Assembly (NCBI GenBank): GCA_902625125.1 | Contig: CACOAB010000003.1 | Location: forward strand, 4,849-68,848 | Origin: an uncultured Pelagibacteraceae bacterium | GTDB taxonomy: Bacteria > Pseudomonadota > Alphaproteobacteria > Pelagibacterales > Pelagibacteraceae | Direction: 5' to 3' | Length of the DNA: 64,000 nucleotides | Part shown: positions 29,222 through 39,423 of the stretch, in pieces | Position numbering within the stretch: the first letter of the stretch is position 1 | Layout of the letters: each line of letters starts with the position of its first letter | The notes under the pieces: generated by a model | What the model was told of the DNA's origin: nothing | What the model saw: only the letters and a program-made list of their open reading frames with translations | Databases searched by the model: none | Made by a program: the position numbers and the translations under genes

Positions 29222-30610
29222 TTAAATTTGATTAAGTCTTTTAATAACTTCGGATTTTTCTAAAGATAAAATAACATCATATATTCCTGGCCCAAATCTT
29301 GAGCCCACTAGTGCTATTCTTAGTGGCTGACCCACTCCTTTAAAATTAGTCTTATGTTTATCAATTAAGGATTTAATTATAGGTTCTAAAGTTTCTCTAG
29401 ATAAAGAGGTTAGTTTTTCATATTCACTAACAAAGTCGTTAATTACCTTTTTTGATAAATCATTAATTAATTTTTTATCATCTACGCCAATCTCAATTTT
29501 ATCATTAATTATATATTGAGCGTTATTCCAAATATCATCTAGGGTTTTTGCTTTATTCTTTAAAAAACCCATTGATTTTAAAAGGACACTCTCTTTTGAT
29601 TGATCAATAGGTTTTTTGTATTTCGAAACATATTCTATAAAGAAATTATAAAGATCTTTTTCGTCTATTGTCTTTATGTATGTTTCATTTATTGAATAAA
29701 TCCTATTCATATCAAGCTTTGAAGGTGATCTACCGACGCCACTTAAATCAAATAAATCAATACTTTCTTGCTTAGTAAAAATTTCTTTATCTTTATAAGA
29801 CCATCCTAATCTTAATAAATAATTCCTTAATGCGTCTGAAATAATTCCAATTTTAACATAATCTTCAAGGGTAGAGGCGTTATCTCTTTTAGATAATTTT
29901 TTTCCTTGTTCACTATGAATTAATGGAATGTGAGCAAAATTTGGAACATCCCAACCCATAGCATCATAGATTTGTTTTTGTTTAAAAGAATTAATCATGT
30001 GATCATCACCTCTAATTACATGAGTAATTTTCATTTCATGGTCATCAACTGTTGCTGATAATTGATATGTTGGTGATTTATCTTTTCTTAGTATTACAAA
30101 ATCTTCAATTGTAGAATTCGATATATTTCGTTCTCCTTGAACTAAATCTTTTATAATAGTATTTCCTGAAATTTTACTCTTAAATCTAATTACTGGTTTT
30201 ACACCATCTGGTATCTTAAGGTTTTTAGCGTCTCTCCACTTTCTATTATAAACATACGGTATACCTTGTTTTTTACACTTCTCTTTTTGTTCATTTATTT
30301 CTTCTTCTGAGCAATAACATTCATAAGCAAAACCTTTTTTTATAAGCTCATCGGCAACTGCAACGTGTTTATCAATGTTTTTAGATTGAATATATTCTTC
30401 ACCATCATGCTCAATGCCAAGCCAAGATAATGATGAAATAATTTGTTTTTTAAATTCGTCTTTTGATCTTTCCTTGTCTGTATCTTCAATTCTTAAGAAA
30501 TATTTACCTTTTTTTTTCTTTGCTAATAACCAATTAAATAAAGCTGTTCGTACTCCACCAATATGAAGAGGCCCAGTGGGAGAGGGCGCAAACCTACAAT
30601 TAAAAGACAT
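29222..30610 (-). CDS. gltX: Glutamate-tRNA ligase
   Basis: RFAPSPTGPLHIGG, LRIEDTD, IRGDDH and KLSKR motifs. Confidence 0.97.
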   Translation of the reverse strand: MSFNCRFAPSPTGPLHIGGVRTALFNWLLAKKKKGKYFLRIEDTDKERSKDEFKKQIISSLSWLGIEHDGEEYIQSKNIDKHVAVADELIKKGFAYECYCSEEEINEQKEKCKKQGIPYVYNRKWRDAKNLKIPDGVKPVIRFKSKISGNTIIKDLVQGERNISNSTIEDFVILRKDKSPTYQLSATVDDHEMKITHVIRGDDHMINSFKQKQIYDAMGWDVPNFAHIPLIHSEQGKKLSKRDNASTLEDYVKIGIISDALRNYLLRLGWSYKDKEIFTKQESIDLFDLSGVGRSPSKLDMNRIYSINETYIKTIDEKDLYNFFIEYVSKYKKPIDQSKESVLLKSMGFLKNKAKTLDDIWNNAQYIINDKIEIGVDDKKLINDLSKKVINDFVSEYEKLTSLSRETLEPIIKSLIDKHKTNFKGVGQPLRIALVGSRFGPGIYDVILSLEKSEVIKRLNQI

Positions 30611-30629
30611 TTATATTAATTAGACTATT

Positions 30630-31304
30630 TTAGTGAAAGTTTCTATATAAAGAAACAAGTTTACCTTGAATTTTTATTCTATTCGCTGCGTAGATTTTTG
30701 TACCGTAGTTTCTATTTGCAGCTTCTAAAGCAATAGTGTTTCCTTTTTTTCTAACTCTTTTTAAAGTTGCTTCTTGGTCATCAATTAAAACAACCGCAAT
30801 CTGACCACTATCTACATTTGAAGTTTTCTTTACGATTACTGTGTCACCATCATTGATACCAGCTTCAATCATAGAGTCACCTTTGACTTTTAATCCATAA
30901 TGCTCACCATTATTCTGCAAATCTTCAGGTAAAGCTACTCGATCAACTTCTTGTTGAATTGCCTCAATAGGAGTTCCAGCTGCAATACTTCCTAAAACAG
31001 ATACATCAGTTGATTTTGTTTTTTCTTTATCTAATCCACCTTTAATAACACTTGGTGTAAAAGTATTAAAAATATCATTAGCACTTGCATTTTCAGGCAA
31101 TTTAACAACTTCTAAAGCTCTAGCTTTATGTGCTAATCTTTTTACGAACCCTCGCTCTTCTAAAGCTGAGATTAATCTATGAATTCCTGATTTCGACTTA
31201 AGGTTGAGTGAATTTTTCATTTCTTCATATGATGGAGAGATCCCAGAAGATCTAATCTTCTTATTGATGAATATTAGTAAGTTTTTTTGTTTTTTTGTAA
31301 GCAT
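30630..31304 (-). CDS. lexA: SOS repressor LexA
   Basis: MLTKKQ..SPSYEEM..KSKSGIHRL..LEERG HTH; IAAG cleavage site, GDSM (Ser) and TLKR (Lys). Start set at ATG 31304. Confidence 0.97.
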   Translation of the reverse strand: MLTKKQKNLLIFINKKIRSSGISPSYEEMKNSLNLKSKSGIHRLISALEERGFVKRLAHKARALEVVKLPENASANDIFNTFTPSVIKGGLDKEKTKSTDVSVLGSIAAGTPIEAIQQEVDRVALPEDLQNNGEHYGLKVKGDSMIEAGINDGDTVIVKKTSNVDSGQIAVVLIDDQEATLKRVRKKGNTIALEAANRNYGTKIYAANRIKIQGKLVSLYRNFH

Positions 31305-31305
31305 A

Positions 31306-31320
31306 GAACAAACCCCGTAC
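31306..31320. promoter_or_regulatory. LexA (SOS) box variant GAAC-N7-GTAC
   Basis: GAAC AAACCCC GTAC, immediately upstream of the lexA start codon. Confidence 0.7.
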
Positions 31321-31326
31321 ATCTAT

Positions 31327-31341
31327 GTTCTATAAAAGTTC
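31327..31341. promoter_or_regulatory. Alphaproteobacterial LexA (SOS) box GTTC-N7-GTTC
   Basis: GTTC TATAAAA GTTC, a perfect consensus match upstream of lexA. Confidence 0.9.
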
Positions 31342-31374
31342 TATTTAAATTACAACTTGAAATAAGCCCTTATT

Positions 31375-32169
31375 TTATTGGATTATTTGAGTAAATTTTT
31401 TTAATAACTCGGCAGGACTGTCAGATTTTAAAAGTGATTCACCAATTAGAAAATTTTTAATTCCTGTCTTCTCATAAATATATTTTGCATCGGTTTCATT
31501 CTTAATCCCACTTTCTGAAATGATAGGGCCTTTATGCTCTTTTAAAGTTTCAAAAATAGAAATCGTATTATTAATAGATATATCTAGTGTTTTTAAATTT
31601 CTATTGTTAATCCCGATTAAAGAATTTTCGTATTTTAAAGCATTTTCAGCTTCTTTCTTATTATGCACTTCAACTATTACTGAAAGTTTATGTCTCATTG
31701 CCTCAGCATAAATATCATCTGCTAGTTTAGCATCTAAAGCAGCAACTATGATCAATATACAATCACTACCATAACTTTTAGATAAAGCGATTTGGTAAGG
31801 ATCAATAAAAAAATCTTTTGCTAAAACAGGAATTTTAAACTTTTTTTTAATATCTCTTATATAATCGAGTTTGCCAAGAAAGTATTTTTCTTCAGTTAAA
31901 ACCGAAAGGCAAGTAGCACCGTTTTCTACGTACATTTTTGCAATATTCAAATGATCGAAATCTTTCACTAATTCTCCTGCAGAAGGGCTTGCTTTTTTTA
32001 TCTCTGTTATTAGCGATGCCTTTTTATTATTGGCTATAACTTCTTTAAAATTTAAGAAGCTATTTAAAGATTTAATTGTATTTTCAATAGAGTCTAAAGA
32101 ATTTGTCTTCTTAATACTTTTCAAAGAATCTTTTTTATCTTCGATGATTTTGTTTAAAACATTAGTCAT
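31375..32169 (-). CDS. trpC: Indole-3-glycerol phosphate synthase
   Basis: EIKKASPS, LSVLTE, KDF, GINNRNL and ISESGI motifs. Confidence 0.96.
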   Translation of the reverse strand: MTNVLNKIIEDKKDSLKSIKKTNSLDSIENTIKSLNSFLNFKEVIANNKKASLITEIKKASPSAGELVKDFDHLNIAKMYVENGATCLSVLTEEKYFLGKLDYIRDIKKKFKIPVLAKDFFIDPYQIALSKSYGSDCILIIVAALDAKLADDIYAEAMRHKLSVIVEVHNKKEAENALKYENSLIGINNRNLKTLDISINNTISIFETLKEHKGPIISESGIKNETDAKYIYEKTGIKNFLIGESLLKSDSPAELLKKFTQIIQ

Positions 32170-33164
32170 TATTTTGATTGTAATTTTGTCAAATGTTCAA
32201 AAACTTTACCAGAATTTAGATGTTTAGTAGCTTTGTTAAAAGCATTTTTAAAATCATTTTCTTTACCTGAAACAATTAATCCTGCTGCAGCATTTAAAGC
32301 AACGGATTGCGAGAACTCATTAGAAGTTCCTTTATAGATATCTATAATTTTTTCTGCATTGTATTCTGCATTTTTACCTTTCAAATTTTCTTTATCGCCT
32401 TTATTTATGCCAAGATCTTTCGGTTCAATTGTAAATTCATTTATTCTACCTTCTTTTAATTCCACAACATTAGTTGTTGCAAAAGGTGAAATTTCATCCA
32501 TTCCATCATCGCTATGAACTATATAAGCGTGCACAACATTATTTTCTTTTAAAGCTTCAGCAAAAGGTTTCATCCATTTTTTATCGAAAACACCTATCAC
32601 TTGTCTTTTTACTTGAGCTGGACTACTTAAAGGACCAATTAAATTAAAAATTGTTTTCTTTCCCATCTTTTTTCTAGCAGGCCCAACATGTTTCATAGCC
32701 GAGTGGTAATTCGGAGCAAACATAAAAGCAAAATTAAAATTTTTAATACTTTCTTCAGCTTCATTTGATTTTAAATTTATATTTACTTTTAATGCTTCCA
32801 AAACATCTGCTGAACCACAGTTAGACGAAACAGCTTTATTACCATGTTTTGCTACCTTAACTCCCATACTAGCTAAAACAATTGCAGCGGCTGTTGAAAT
32901 ATTCAAAGAATTTTGACCGTCTCCGCCAGTTCCACAAGTATCGATAGTGTCTGAGTCACAAGAAACTTTTGTTGCTTTATCTCTTAAAATAAAGATACCA
33001 CCGGCTAATTCATCTTTTGTTTCACCTTTTTTTATTAATGCCTCTAGAATTTCAATAATTTGATCTTCTGTATGTTTACCCTCCATTAAATCTGAAAATA
33101 GAGATTTGCTATCGTCAAATGAAAGGTTTTGACCTTGTTTTAATTTAGTTGCAATATCAGACAT
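32169..33164 (-). CDS. trpD: Anthranilate phosphoribosyltransferase
   Basis: DTCGTGGDG, NIST, KHGN, GSAD and DGMDE motifs. Confidence 0.97.
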   Translation of the reverse strand: MSDIATKLKQGQNLSFDDSKSLFSDLMEGKHTEDQIIEILEALIKKGETKDELAGGIFILRDKATKVSCDSDTIDTCGTGGDGQNSLNISTAAAIVLASMGVKVAKHGNKAVSSNCGSADVLEALKVNINLKSNEAEESIKNFNFAFMFAPNYHSAMKHVGPARKKMGKKTIFNLIGPLSSPAQVKRQVIGVFDKKWMKPFAEALKENNVVHAYIVHSDDGMDEISPFATTNVVELKEGRINEFTIEPKDLGINKGDKENLKGKNAEYNAEKIIDIYKGTSNEFSQSVALNAAAGLIVSGKENDFKNAFNKATKHLNSGKVFEHLTKLQSK

Positions 33165-33165
33165 A

Positions 33166-33732
33166 TTAATTAGTGATAAAATTTTTAATTAATTTCATAC
33201 CCATTTTAGTACTTATACTCTCAGGATGAAACTGAAACCCATGAATATTATAATTTTTATGCATCAATCCCATTATTGTCTTATTTTTAGTTTCTGCAGT
33301 AATTATTAAGTCTTTTGGGAACTTTTTACGATCGACTACAAGGCTGTGGTATCTCGTGGCTTCAAAATTATTTTGGATATTCTTAAAAAGACCTATTCTT
33401 TGATGCTTAATTTTACTAGTTTTTCCATGCATTAAATTCTTAGCTCTAATTATTTTCCCACCAAAAACCTGACCAATGATTTGATGACCTAGACATACTC
33501 CAAGAATAGGTATTTTTTTATGCACTTGTTTTACTATTTTTAAGCAGTTACCGGCTTGACTTGGATTCCCTGGTCCAGGTGAGATAACAATTTTATTATA
33601 TTTTTTTCTTAAAATTGTTTTACCATCAATTTTGTCATTTCTAACTACTTCAACATTCTTTTTAAAATTAGAGATATAGTGATACAAGTTATAAGTAAAA
33701 CTGTCGTAGTTATCTATTAGTAAAATTTTCAT
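33166..33732 (-). CDS. trpG: Anthranilate synthase component II
   Basis: IDNYDSFTYNL, SPGPG, GVCLGHQ, RYHSL and QFHPES motifs; located between trpE and trpD. Confidence 0.95.
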   Translation of the reverse strand: MKILLIDNYDSFTYNLYHYISNFKKNVEVVRNDKIDGKTILRKKYNKIVISPGPGNPSQAGNCLKIVKQVHKKIPILGVCLGHQIIGQVFGGKIIRAKNLMHGKTSKIKHQRIGLFKNIQNNFEATRYHSLVVDRKKFPKDLIITAETKNKTIMGLMHKNYNIHGFQFHPESISTKMGMKLIKNFITN

Positions 33733-35190
33733 TTAATCTACTGCTCCCATTAAAGCTTTAGCTTTGTTGACTGTTTCAGCATACTCTTTTTCAGGTTTAC
33801 TATCAGCAACTACACCAGCACCTGCTTGTACATAAAATTTTTTGTTTTTAATTAAGGCTGTTCTTAAAGCTATGCACGTATCAAATTCACCGTTAGGAGT
33901 GAAATAGCCTATACCCCCTGCGTATAATTTTCTTTTATTTTTTTCTAATTCATCAATGATTTCCATTGCTCTTATTTTAGGAGCGCCACTTACTGTACCA
34001 GCTGGAAAGCCCGATAATAAAGTCTCAAACAATGAAAATTTATTATTAAATTTACCTATAACATTTGAAACAATGTGCATTACATGAGAATATCTCTCTA
34101 CTTTAAATTTTTCAGTAACTTTAACTGTATTTACTTTAGAAACTTTTCCAACATCATTTCTTCCAAGGTCTAATAACATTAAGTGTTCTGCTAATTCTTT
34201 TTTATCTTTTAAAAGATCTAATTCATATTTTTTATCTTCCTTACTATTCTTTCCTCTAGGTCTAGTGCCGGCAATTGGTCTAATTGTTACTTCTCCATCT
34301 CTAAGTCTTACTAATATTTCTGGACTGCTACCTAAAATATTAAAATCTTTATAATTAAAATAAAACATAAAAGGTGAAGGATTAGTCTTTCTTAAATAGT
34401 TGTAAATTTCTATAGGTGTTTTATTTATTTTTCTTTCAAATCTCTGACTTAATACAACTTGAAAAATATCTCCTTTTTCTATGTATGTTTTTGCTTTTCT
34501 AACAAGAGATTTAAATTTTTCTTTCGAAGTATTTGATTTAATTAAATTCTTGTTAGGTTTAAAAGTGAATTGTTCTGGAAGTTTAATTTTCTCAAAATCT
34601 TCATACAAATCAAACCTTTTATTTATCGCATGATATTCTTCCTCATAATTTTTAATTTTTGTATCTGCATAAACATTTTCTACATAAAAAATCTTTTTTT
34701 TAACATTATCATAAATAACTAAATTTTTAGGTCTTGATAATCTAACATCAGGTACTTTTAGATCATCTTTACAAGTGTTAGGTACTTTTTCTATATAACG
34801 AATTACATCATAAGAAAAATAACCTACAAGCATTGAAGACATTGAAGGTAATTGATTTGGAATTTTAATCTTAAAATCTTTAATTAATTTATTTATATAT
34901 TTTAATGGATCAGATTTGATTTTAGATTTTTTATCTGGACTATTAATTGTAATAATGTTCTTATTAATATCCCAAATTTTATCAGGATTAAGTCCAATTA
35001 TAGTATAACGTCCTTTAATTGTTCCTTTTTCAACCGACTCAAAAATAAAGCTATTTTTTTCAGCTAAAAGAAATCTAAATAAGTTTTCAACTCTGTGATA
35101 TTGATTACAAGACCTCATTCTAAATAAAATTTGATGTTTTTTTTTAGAATGATTATTTTTAAATTCTTTAATACTTAGGTTTATCTTCAT
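33733..35190 (-). CDS. trpE: Anthranilate synthase component I
   Basis: GDIFQVVLSQ, NPSPF, SSPE, PIAGT, EHLMLLDLGRND and AGTVSGAPK motifs. Confidence 0.96.
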   Translation of the reverse strand: MKINLSIKEFKNNHSKKKHQILFRMRSCNQYHRVENLFRFLLAEKNSFIFESVEKGTIKGRYTIIGLNPDKIWDINKNIITINSPDKKSKIKSDPLKYINKLIKDFKIKIPNQLPSMSSMLVGYFSYDVIRYIEKVPNTCKDDLKVPDVRLSRPKNLVIYDNVKKKIFYVENVYADTKIKNYEEEYHAINKRFDLYEDFEKIKLPEQFTFKPNKNLIKSNTSKEKFKSLVRKAKTYIEKGDIFQVVLSQRFERKINKTPIEIYNYLRKTNPSPFMFYFNYKDFNILGSSPEILVRLRDGEVTIRPIAGTRPRGKNSKEDKKYELDLLKDKKELAEHLMLLDLGRNDVGKVSKVNTVKVTEKFKVERYSHVMHIVSNVIGKFNNKFSLFETLLSGFPAGTVSGAPKIRAMEIIDELEKNKRKLYAGGIGYFTPNGEFDTCIALRTALIKNKKFYVQAGAGVVADSKPEKEYAETVNKAKALMGAVD

Positions 35191-36644
35191 TGAAATGAAT
35201 TTTTGACACGATCTATAGTTCTTTGATTAACCTCAACTTTATACTTCTGATTAGCATTTTCGTCGTAAGATTGATATATTTTGTTAATCAAGTTTAAGCG
35301 TGCCTTAGCTTCGTATTGCTCAAATTCATTATCATTTTTATCTAGTTTTTTATATTCAGTTTTTTTGGTTGATACTAAAAAACTTTTGCTCAGCGTGTTG
35401 TTAGTTAAGAGATTAATGTCACCATCTTTAGTTAAAAAAATTTGCTTTATTAAACCCTCACTAAATATATCGTTTTGCTTTAAATTTGAGATTTTATAGT
35501 CTTTAACAATTAATCCATTATCGATAGCAAATTTTTTATAATTGTCTCCATCAAAAGCACCTAAACTTATATCTTTAGCTAATGATGTATTATTTTCAAT
35601 TTTTTCTTTAAAACTTAGTTGGGCATTTAGTGCTTCTAAAACTTCAGGATCATTCATTGGTCTATTCTTTTTTTCTTCATTTTTAATTTCAGCTAAATAA
35701 TACTTACCATCTATATTAATAACTTCAGGAGATTGAGCACTCTTTATATTAAATATCTTTTTAAAGAGATTATCCGGCAAGTTTTCTATTTTGTTTTTGG
35801 CTTCATTTTCCTTTTTTGCATTAACTTTATTGAATTCTAAAATCTTTAAATTATTTACCTCCACCATCTCATCAAAAGACTGTCCGTCTAAAGCATTGTT
35901 TTCAATAATATCTAATTGTTTGAAAAAATTTTCATTGTACTCTTTGCTTCCACCAATTAATTCTGGCTTAATTTCTGCGTATCTTATTGATTTAAATTCA
36001 GTAAAAAAAACATTCTTATTTCTTTCGTAAAGTTCTTTAATACTTTCCTGTGAGGGTTTGTTTTTTGAGTGATATTTTTCTAAGTCTATATACTGAATTG
36101 TTTTTGATTGATTTTCTTTTTTAAATTCTTTTTCAACTAGAATTTCAGGGATGACTATTCCTCCTGCCAAAGAACTTAAAAACTGCCTTCTTTTTTCCTG
36201 CTCAACAATATTAGCTTCAAATTGTGGAGCTGTAATTCCGCTTTTAATTAAAAATTTTTCATACTCAGTTCGTGAGAACTTGTCATCTTTAAAAAATGTT
36301 TTATCATTTTTAATGATATTTCTTAGAGCATTATCATTTACTACAATACCAAGCTTTTCAATTTCTAGAGACATAACTTTTTTTCCGATATAATCAGATA
36401 AAATTTGTTCAATCAGATCCGTCTTCGACAAATTTTTTACCTGTTCCTCATTAAGGTTTAACTGATTTATATAGTTAATGAATTCTTGAGTACTAATTTT
36501 ATTAGAATCCACAGTTGCAATTACATTCTGATTTCCACCCCTAAACACGTCACCCATGCCCCAAAAAACAAAAGGAAGGATTATGATTCCCACAAGGAGT
36601 TTTATAAAAAAAGACTTTGATAATTTACCTATTGATGTTGCCAT
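35187..36644 (-). CDS. ppiD: PpiD/SurA N-terminal-domain periplasmic chaperone
   Basis: N-terminal TM helix ending FVFWG and VIATVDSNKIS; divergent from tpiA as is usual in Alphaproteobacteria. Confidence 0.8.
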   Translation of the reverse strand: MATSIGKLSKSFFIKLLVGIIILPFVFWGMGDVFRGGNQNVIATVDSNKISTQEFINYINQLNLNEEQVKNLSKTDLIEQILSDYIGKKVMSLEIEKLGIVVNDNALRNIIKNDKTFFKDDKFSRTEYEKFLIKSGITAPQFEANIVEQEKRRQFLSSLAGGIVIPEILVEKEFKKENQSKTIQYIDLEKYHSKNKPSQESIKELYERNKNVFFTEFKSIRYAEIKPELIGGSKEYNENFFKQLDIIENNALDGQSFDEMVEVNNLKILEFNKVNAKKENEAKNKIENLPDNLFKKIFNIKSAQSPEVINIDGKYYLAEIKNEEKKNRPMNDPEVLEALNAQLSFKEKIENNTSLAKDISLGAFDGDNYKKFAIDNGLIVKDYKISNLKQNDIFSEGLIKQIFLTKDGDINLLTNNTLSKSFLVSTKKTEYKKLDKNDNEFEQYEAKARLNLINKIYQSYDENANQKYKVEVNQRTIDRVKNSFQ

Positions 36645-36707
36645 AATATTAATTTAATAAGTTCAAAATTATACACCTATAGATTAAATTTTAAACTAAG
36701 GCAAATT

Positions 36708-37451
36708 ATGAGATATTTTATTGGGAATTGGAAAATGTTTGGTGTTCCAAAATCTATAAATATATTGAATAAAATTAATGCATTTCACATAAAAGATAAA
36801 AATAGGAAAAAATATAGAGTAATTGTAACACCTCCATACACACTAATTGAAAGTTACTCCAAATATTTCAAATATAAGAAAATTTCAATTGGTTCACAAA
36901 ATTGTTATCAAAAAGAACAGTTTTCTTCTAATACTGCGGCTGTAAGTCCTTACATGTTAAGAAGCGTCGGAGCAAAGTATACTTTAATTGGTCATTCAGA
37001 CAATAGAAGTGAGGGTGATACCGACTCCATGCTTAAAGATAAAGTTAAATATGCTTTAAAAAATAATTTAAAAGTTGTGTTTTGTATAGGTGAAAATAAA
37101 TCGGAAAAAAAAAACAAAAGAACACTAAGTGTTTTGAAAAGACAATTAACTAAAGTCTTAGAAAAAAAATTTAATAAAAATAACATAATTGTTGCATACG
37201 AGCCTATTTGGTCAATTGGGACTGGAAAAATTCCAACAGCAATTGAATTACAAAAAACTACTCTTCATATTAAGAAAGTTCTAAAGAGTATTTTTAAAAA
37301 AAATAGTCCTTCCGTCCTATATGGTGGCTCAGTTGATGGTCGTAATGTTGAAATGTTTAAAGAAATAAAAGAAATAGATGGTTTTTTAATTGGGGGAGCC
37401 TCTAAATCATCTAAAAAATTTATTGATATAATAAAAAATTACTATAGATAA
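36708..37451 (+). CDS. tpiA: Triosephosphate isomerase
   Basis: GNWKM, IGHSD, AYEPIWSIGTG, LYGGSV and LIGGAS motifs. Confidence 0.95.
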   Translation: MRYFIGNWKMFGVPKSINILNKINAFHIKDKNRKKYRVIVTPPYTLIESYSKYFKYKKISIGSQNCYQKEQFSSNTAAVSPYMLRSVGAKYTLIGHSDNRSEGDTDSMLKDKVKYALKNNLKVVFCIGENKSEKKNKRTLSVLKRQLTKVLEKKFNKNNIIVAYEPIWSIGTGKIPTAIELQKTTLHIKKVLKSIFKKNSPSVLYGGSVDGRNVEMFKEIKEIDGFLIGGASKSSKKFIDIIKNYYR

Positions 37452-37456
37452 TCATC

Positions 37457-37756
37457 ATGGAAAGTTTGCTTATATTTGTAAACATCGCTTTAGCTATAAT
37501 CCTGGTCATTGTGATTTTATTGCAAAGATCAGAGGGTGGAGCTTTAGGTTTAGGTGTTTCACAAGATAATTTCACGTCTGCGCGATCTATGGGTACATTT
37601 TTAACTAAATTTACCTCAATTGTAGCAGCTCTGTTTATTATTTGTAGTATTGCAATTGTTTCTATTTCTCGAGATGAACTTCGTGAAACACAATCAGTTC
37701 TTGAAAAAGAGGAAGAAGAAAATTCAAACCTTCCACAAATACCTCAATCGAAGTAA
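37457..37756 (+). CDS. secG: Preprotein translocase subunit SecG
   Basis: ILLQRSEGGALGLG and FLTKFT motifs; tpiA-secG-pyrG order. Confidence 0.93.
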   Translation: MESLLIFVNIALAIILVIVILLQRSEGGALGLGVSQDNFTSARSMGTFLTKFTSIVAALFIICSIAIVSISRDELRETQSVLEKEEEENSNLPQIPQSK

Positions 37757-37764
37757 TTAAGACT

Positions 37765-37800
37765 TTGTAATTCTAATTTTTTAAAGTATAACATACTTCC
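37765..37800 (+). promoter_or_regulatory. Putative sigma70 promoter giving leaderless pyrG
   Basis: TTGTAA(37765-70), TATAAC/TAACAT(37787-94), then ACTTCC directly before ATG 37801; no Shine-Dalgarno sequence. Confidence 0.5.
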
Positions 37801-39423
37801 ATGGCGCGATATATATTCGTTACTGGCGGCGTGGTCTCATCATTAGGCAAAGGATTATCATCAGCTTCACTAGCGTATTTACTTCAATCAAGAGGATACA
37901 AAGTTAGAATAAGAAAACTTGATCCATATTTAAACGTAGACCCAGGGACCATGAGTCCTTTTCAACATGGTGAGGTTTTTGTTACAGACGATGGAGCAGA
38001 AACAGATTTAGATTTAGGACACTATGAAAGATTTTCGGGAATTTCAGCTAAAAAATCAGACAATATAACTACCGGTAAGATTTATAGTGATGTAATTAAA
38101 AAAGAGCGTCAAGGTAAGTATTTAGGTAAAACTGTTCAAGTTATTCCACATATTACAAATAGGATTAAAGAATTTATTAAACATGATGTTAAGAAAGAGG
38201 ACTTTGTAATTTGTGAAATAGGAGGAACAGTCGGCGATATTGAAAGCCTTCCATTCTTAGAAGCAATCAGGCAATTCTCAAATGAATTAGGGAGGAAAAA
38301 TACTTTATTTATACATTTAACTTTAGTTCCTTATATGAAAGCTTCAGATGAAATTAAGACTAAGCCCACCCAACATTCCGTAAAGGAACTAAGAAGCATA
38401 GGTATTCAACCTGATATAATTATTTGTAGATCTGAAAGATCAATACCATTAGATCAAAGAAAGAAAATTTCGTTATTTTGTAATGTTTCAATTAATGATG
38501 TTATCGAAACAGTCGATGTAAAGACAATTTATGAGGCTCCGATAAGTTTTAATAAAGAGAACTTAGATGAAAGGGTCCTTAGATTCTTTAATATAAAATC
38601 TAGAAAAAAAGTTAATTTGACACCGTGGAAAAAAATTACTCAAGCAGTTTTAAGTAACAAAAGAAAAGTAAATATTGCAATTATAGGAAAATATGTAGAA
38701 TTAAAAGATGCCTATAAATCTTTGGATGAGGCTCTAACTCATGGTGGAATAGCTAATGGTTTAAAAGTAAATTTAATTAGAATTGACTCTGATTATTTAA
38801 AACCAAGAGACATCAAAAATAAATTAAAAGGAGTTTCAGGAATTTTAATTCCTGGTGGATTTGGAAAAAGAGGAACAGAAGGAAAGATTGCGGCTATAAA
38901 TTATGCAAGAATAAATAATGTGCCTTTTCTAGGTATTTGCTTTGGAATGCAGATGGCTGTGATAGAATTTGCTAGAAACAAATTGAACATTAAAAAAGCA
39001 ACATCCAGTGAGTTTGGTCCCTCAAAAGCTTCAGTCGTTGGTTTAATGAGTGAGTGGGTAAAAGATGGTAAAAAGATCAAAGGAACTGATAAAGACTTAG
39101 GTGGCACTATGAGATTGGGTAGTTATGAAGCTAAACTTAAAAAAGGATCATTAATAAGCAACATCTATGGTTCAATCAAAATTAACGAAAGACATAGGCA
39201 TAGGTATGAAGTTAATATTAATTTTAAAGATAAATTTGAAAAAAAAGGAATGATATTTTCAGGTTTATCTCCAAATTCAAAATTACCTGAGATAATAGAA
39301 TTGAAAAATCACCCCTGGTTTATTGGAGTTCAATTTCATCCAGAATTTAAATCTAGACCTTTAGCCCCACATCCTTTATTCTCTTCATTTATAAAAGCCG
39401 CAAAAACCAAATCGAATAAATAA
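37801..39423 (+). CDS. pyrG: CTP synthase
   Basis: [39 protein letters not shown] and QFHPEF motifs. Confidence 0.99.
   Translation: MARYIFVTGGVVSSLGKGLSSASLAYLLQSRGYKVRIRKLDPYLNVDPGTMSPFQHGEVFVTDDGAETDLDLGHYERFSGISAKKSDNITTGKIYSDVIKKERQGKYLGKTVQVIPHITNRIKEFIKHDVKKEDFVICEIGGTVGDIESLPFLEAIRQFSNELGRKNTLFIHLTLVPYMKASDEIKTKPTQHSVKELRSIGIQPDIIICRSERSIPLDQRKKISLFCNVSINDVIETVDVKTIYEAPISFNKENLDERVLRFFNIKSRKKVNLTPWKKITQAVLSNKRKVNIAIIGKYVELKDAYKSLDEALTHGGIANGLKVNLIRIDSDYLKPRDIKNKLKGVSGILIPGGFGKRGTEGKIAAINYARINNVPFLGICFGMQMAVIEFARNKLNIKKATSSEFGPSKASVVGLMSEWVKDGKKIKGTDKDLGGTMRLGSYEAKLKKGSLISNIYGSIKINERHRHRYEVNINFKDKFEKKGMIFSGLSPNSKLPEIIELKNHPWFIGVQFHPEFKSRPLAPHPLFSSFIKAAKTKSNK

Noticed and set aside
31305-31322. 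Longer lexA start (MYGVCS extension)
   Set aside because: The extension coincides with the SOS box, and LexA homology starts at MLTKKQ.
33733-35190. trp attenuator or leader peptide
   Set aside because: trpE overlaps ppiD by 4 nt, leaving no room for a leader.
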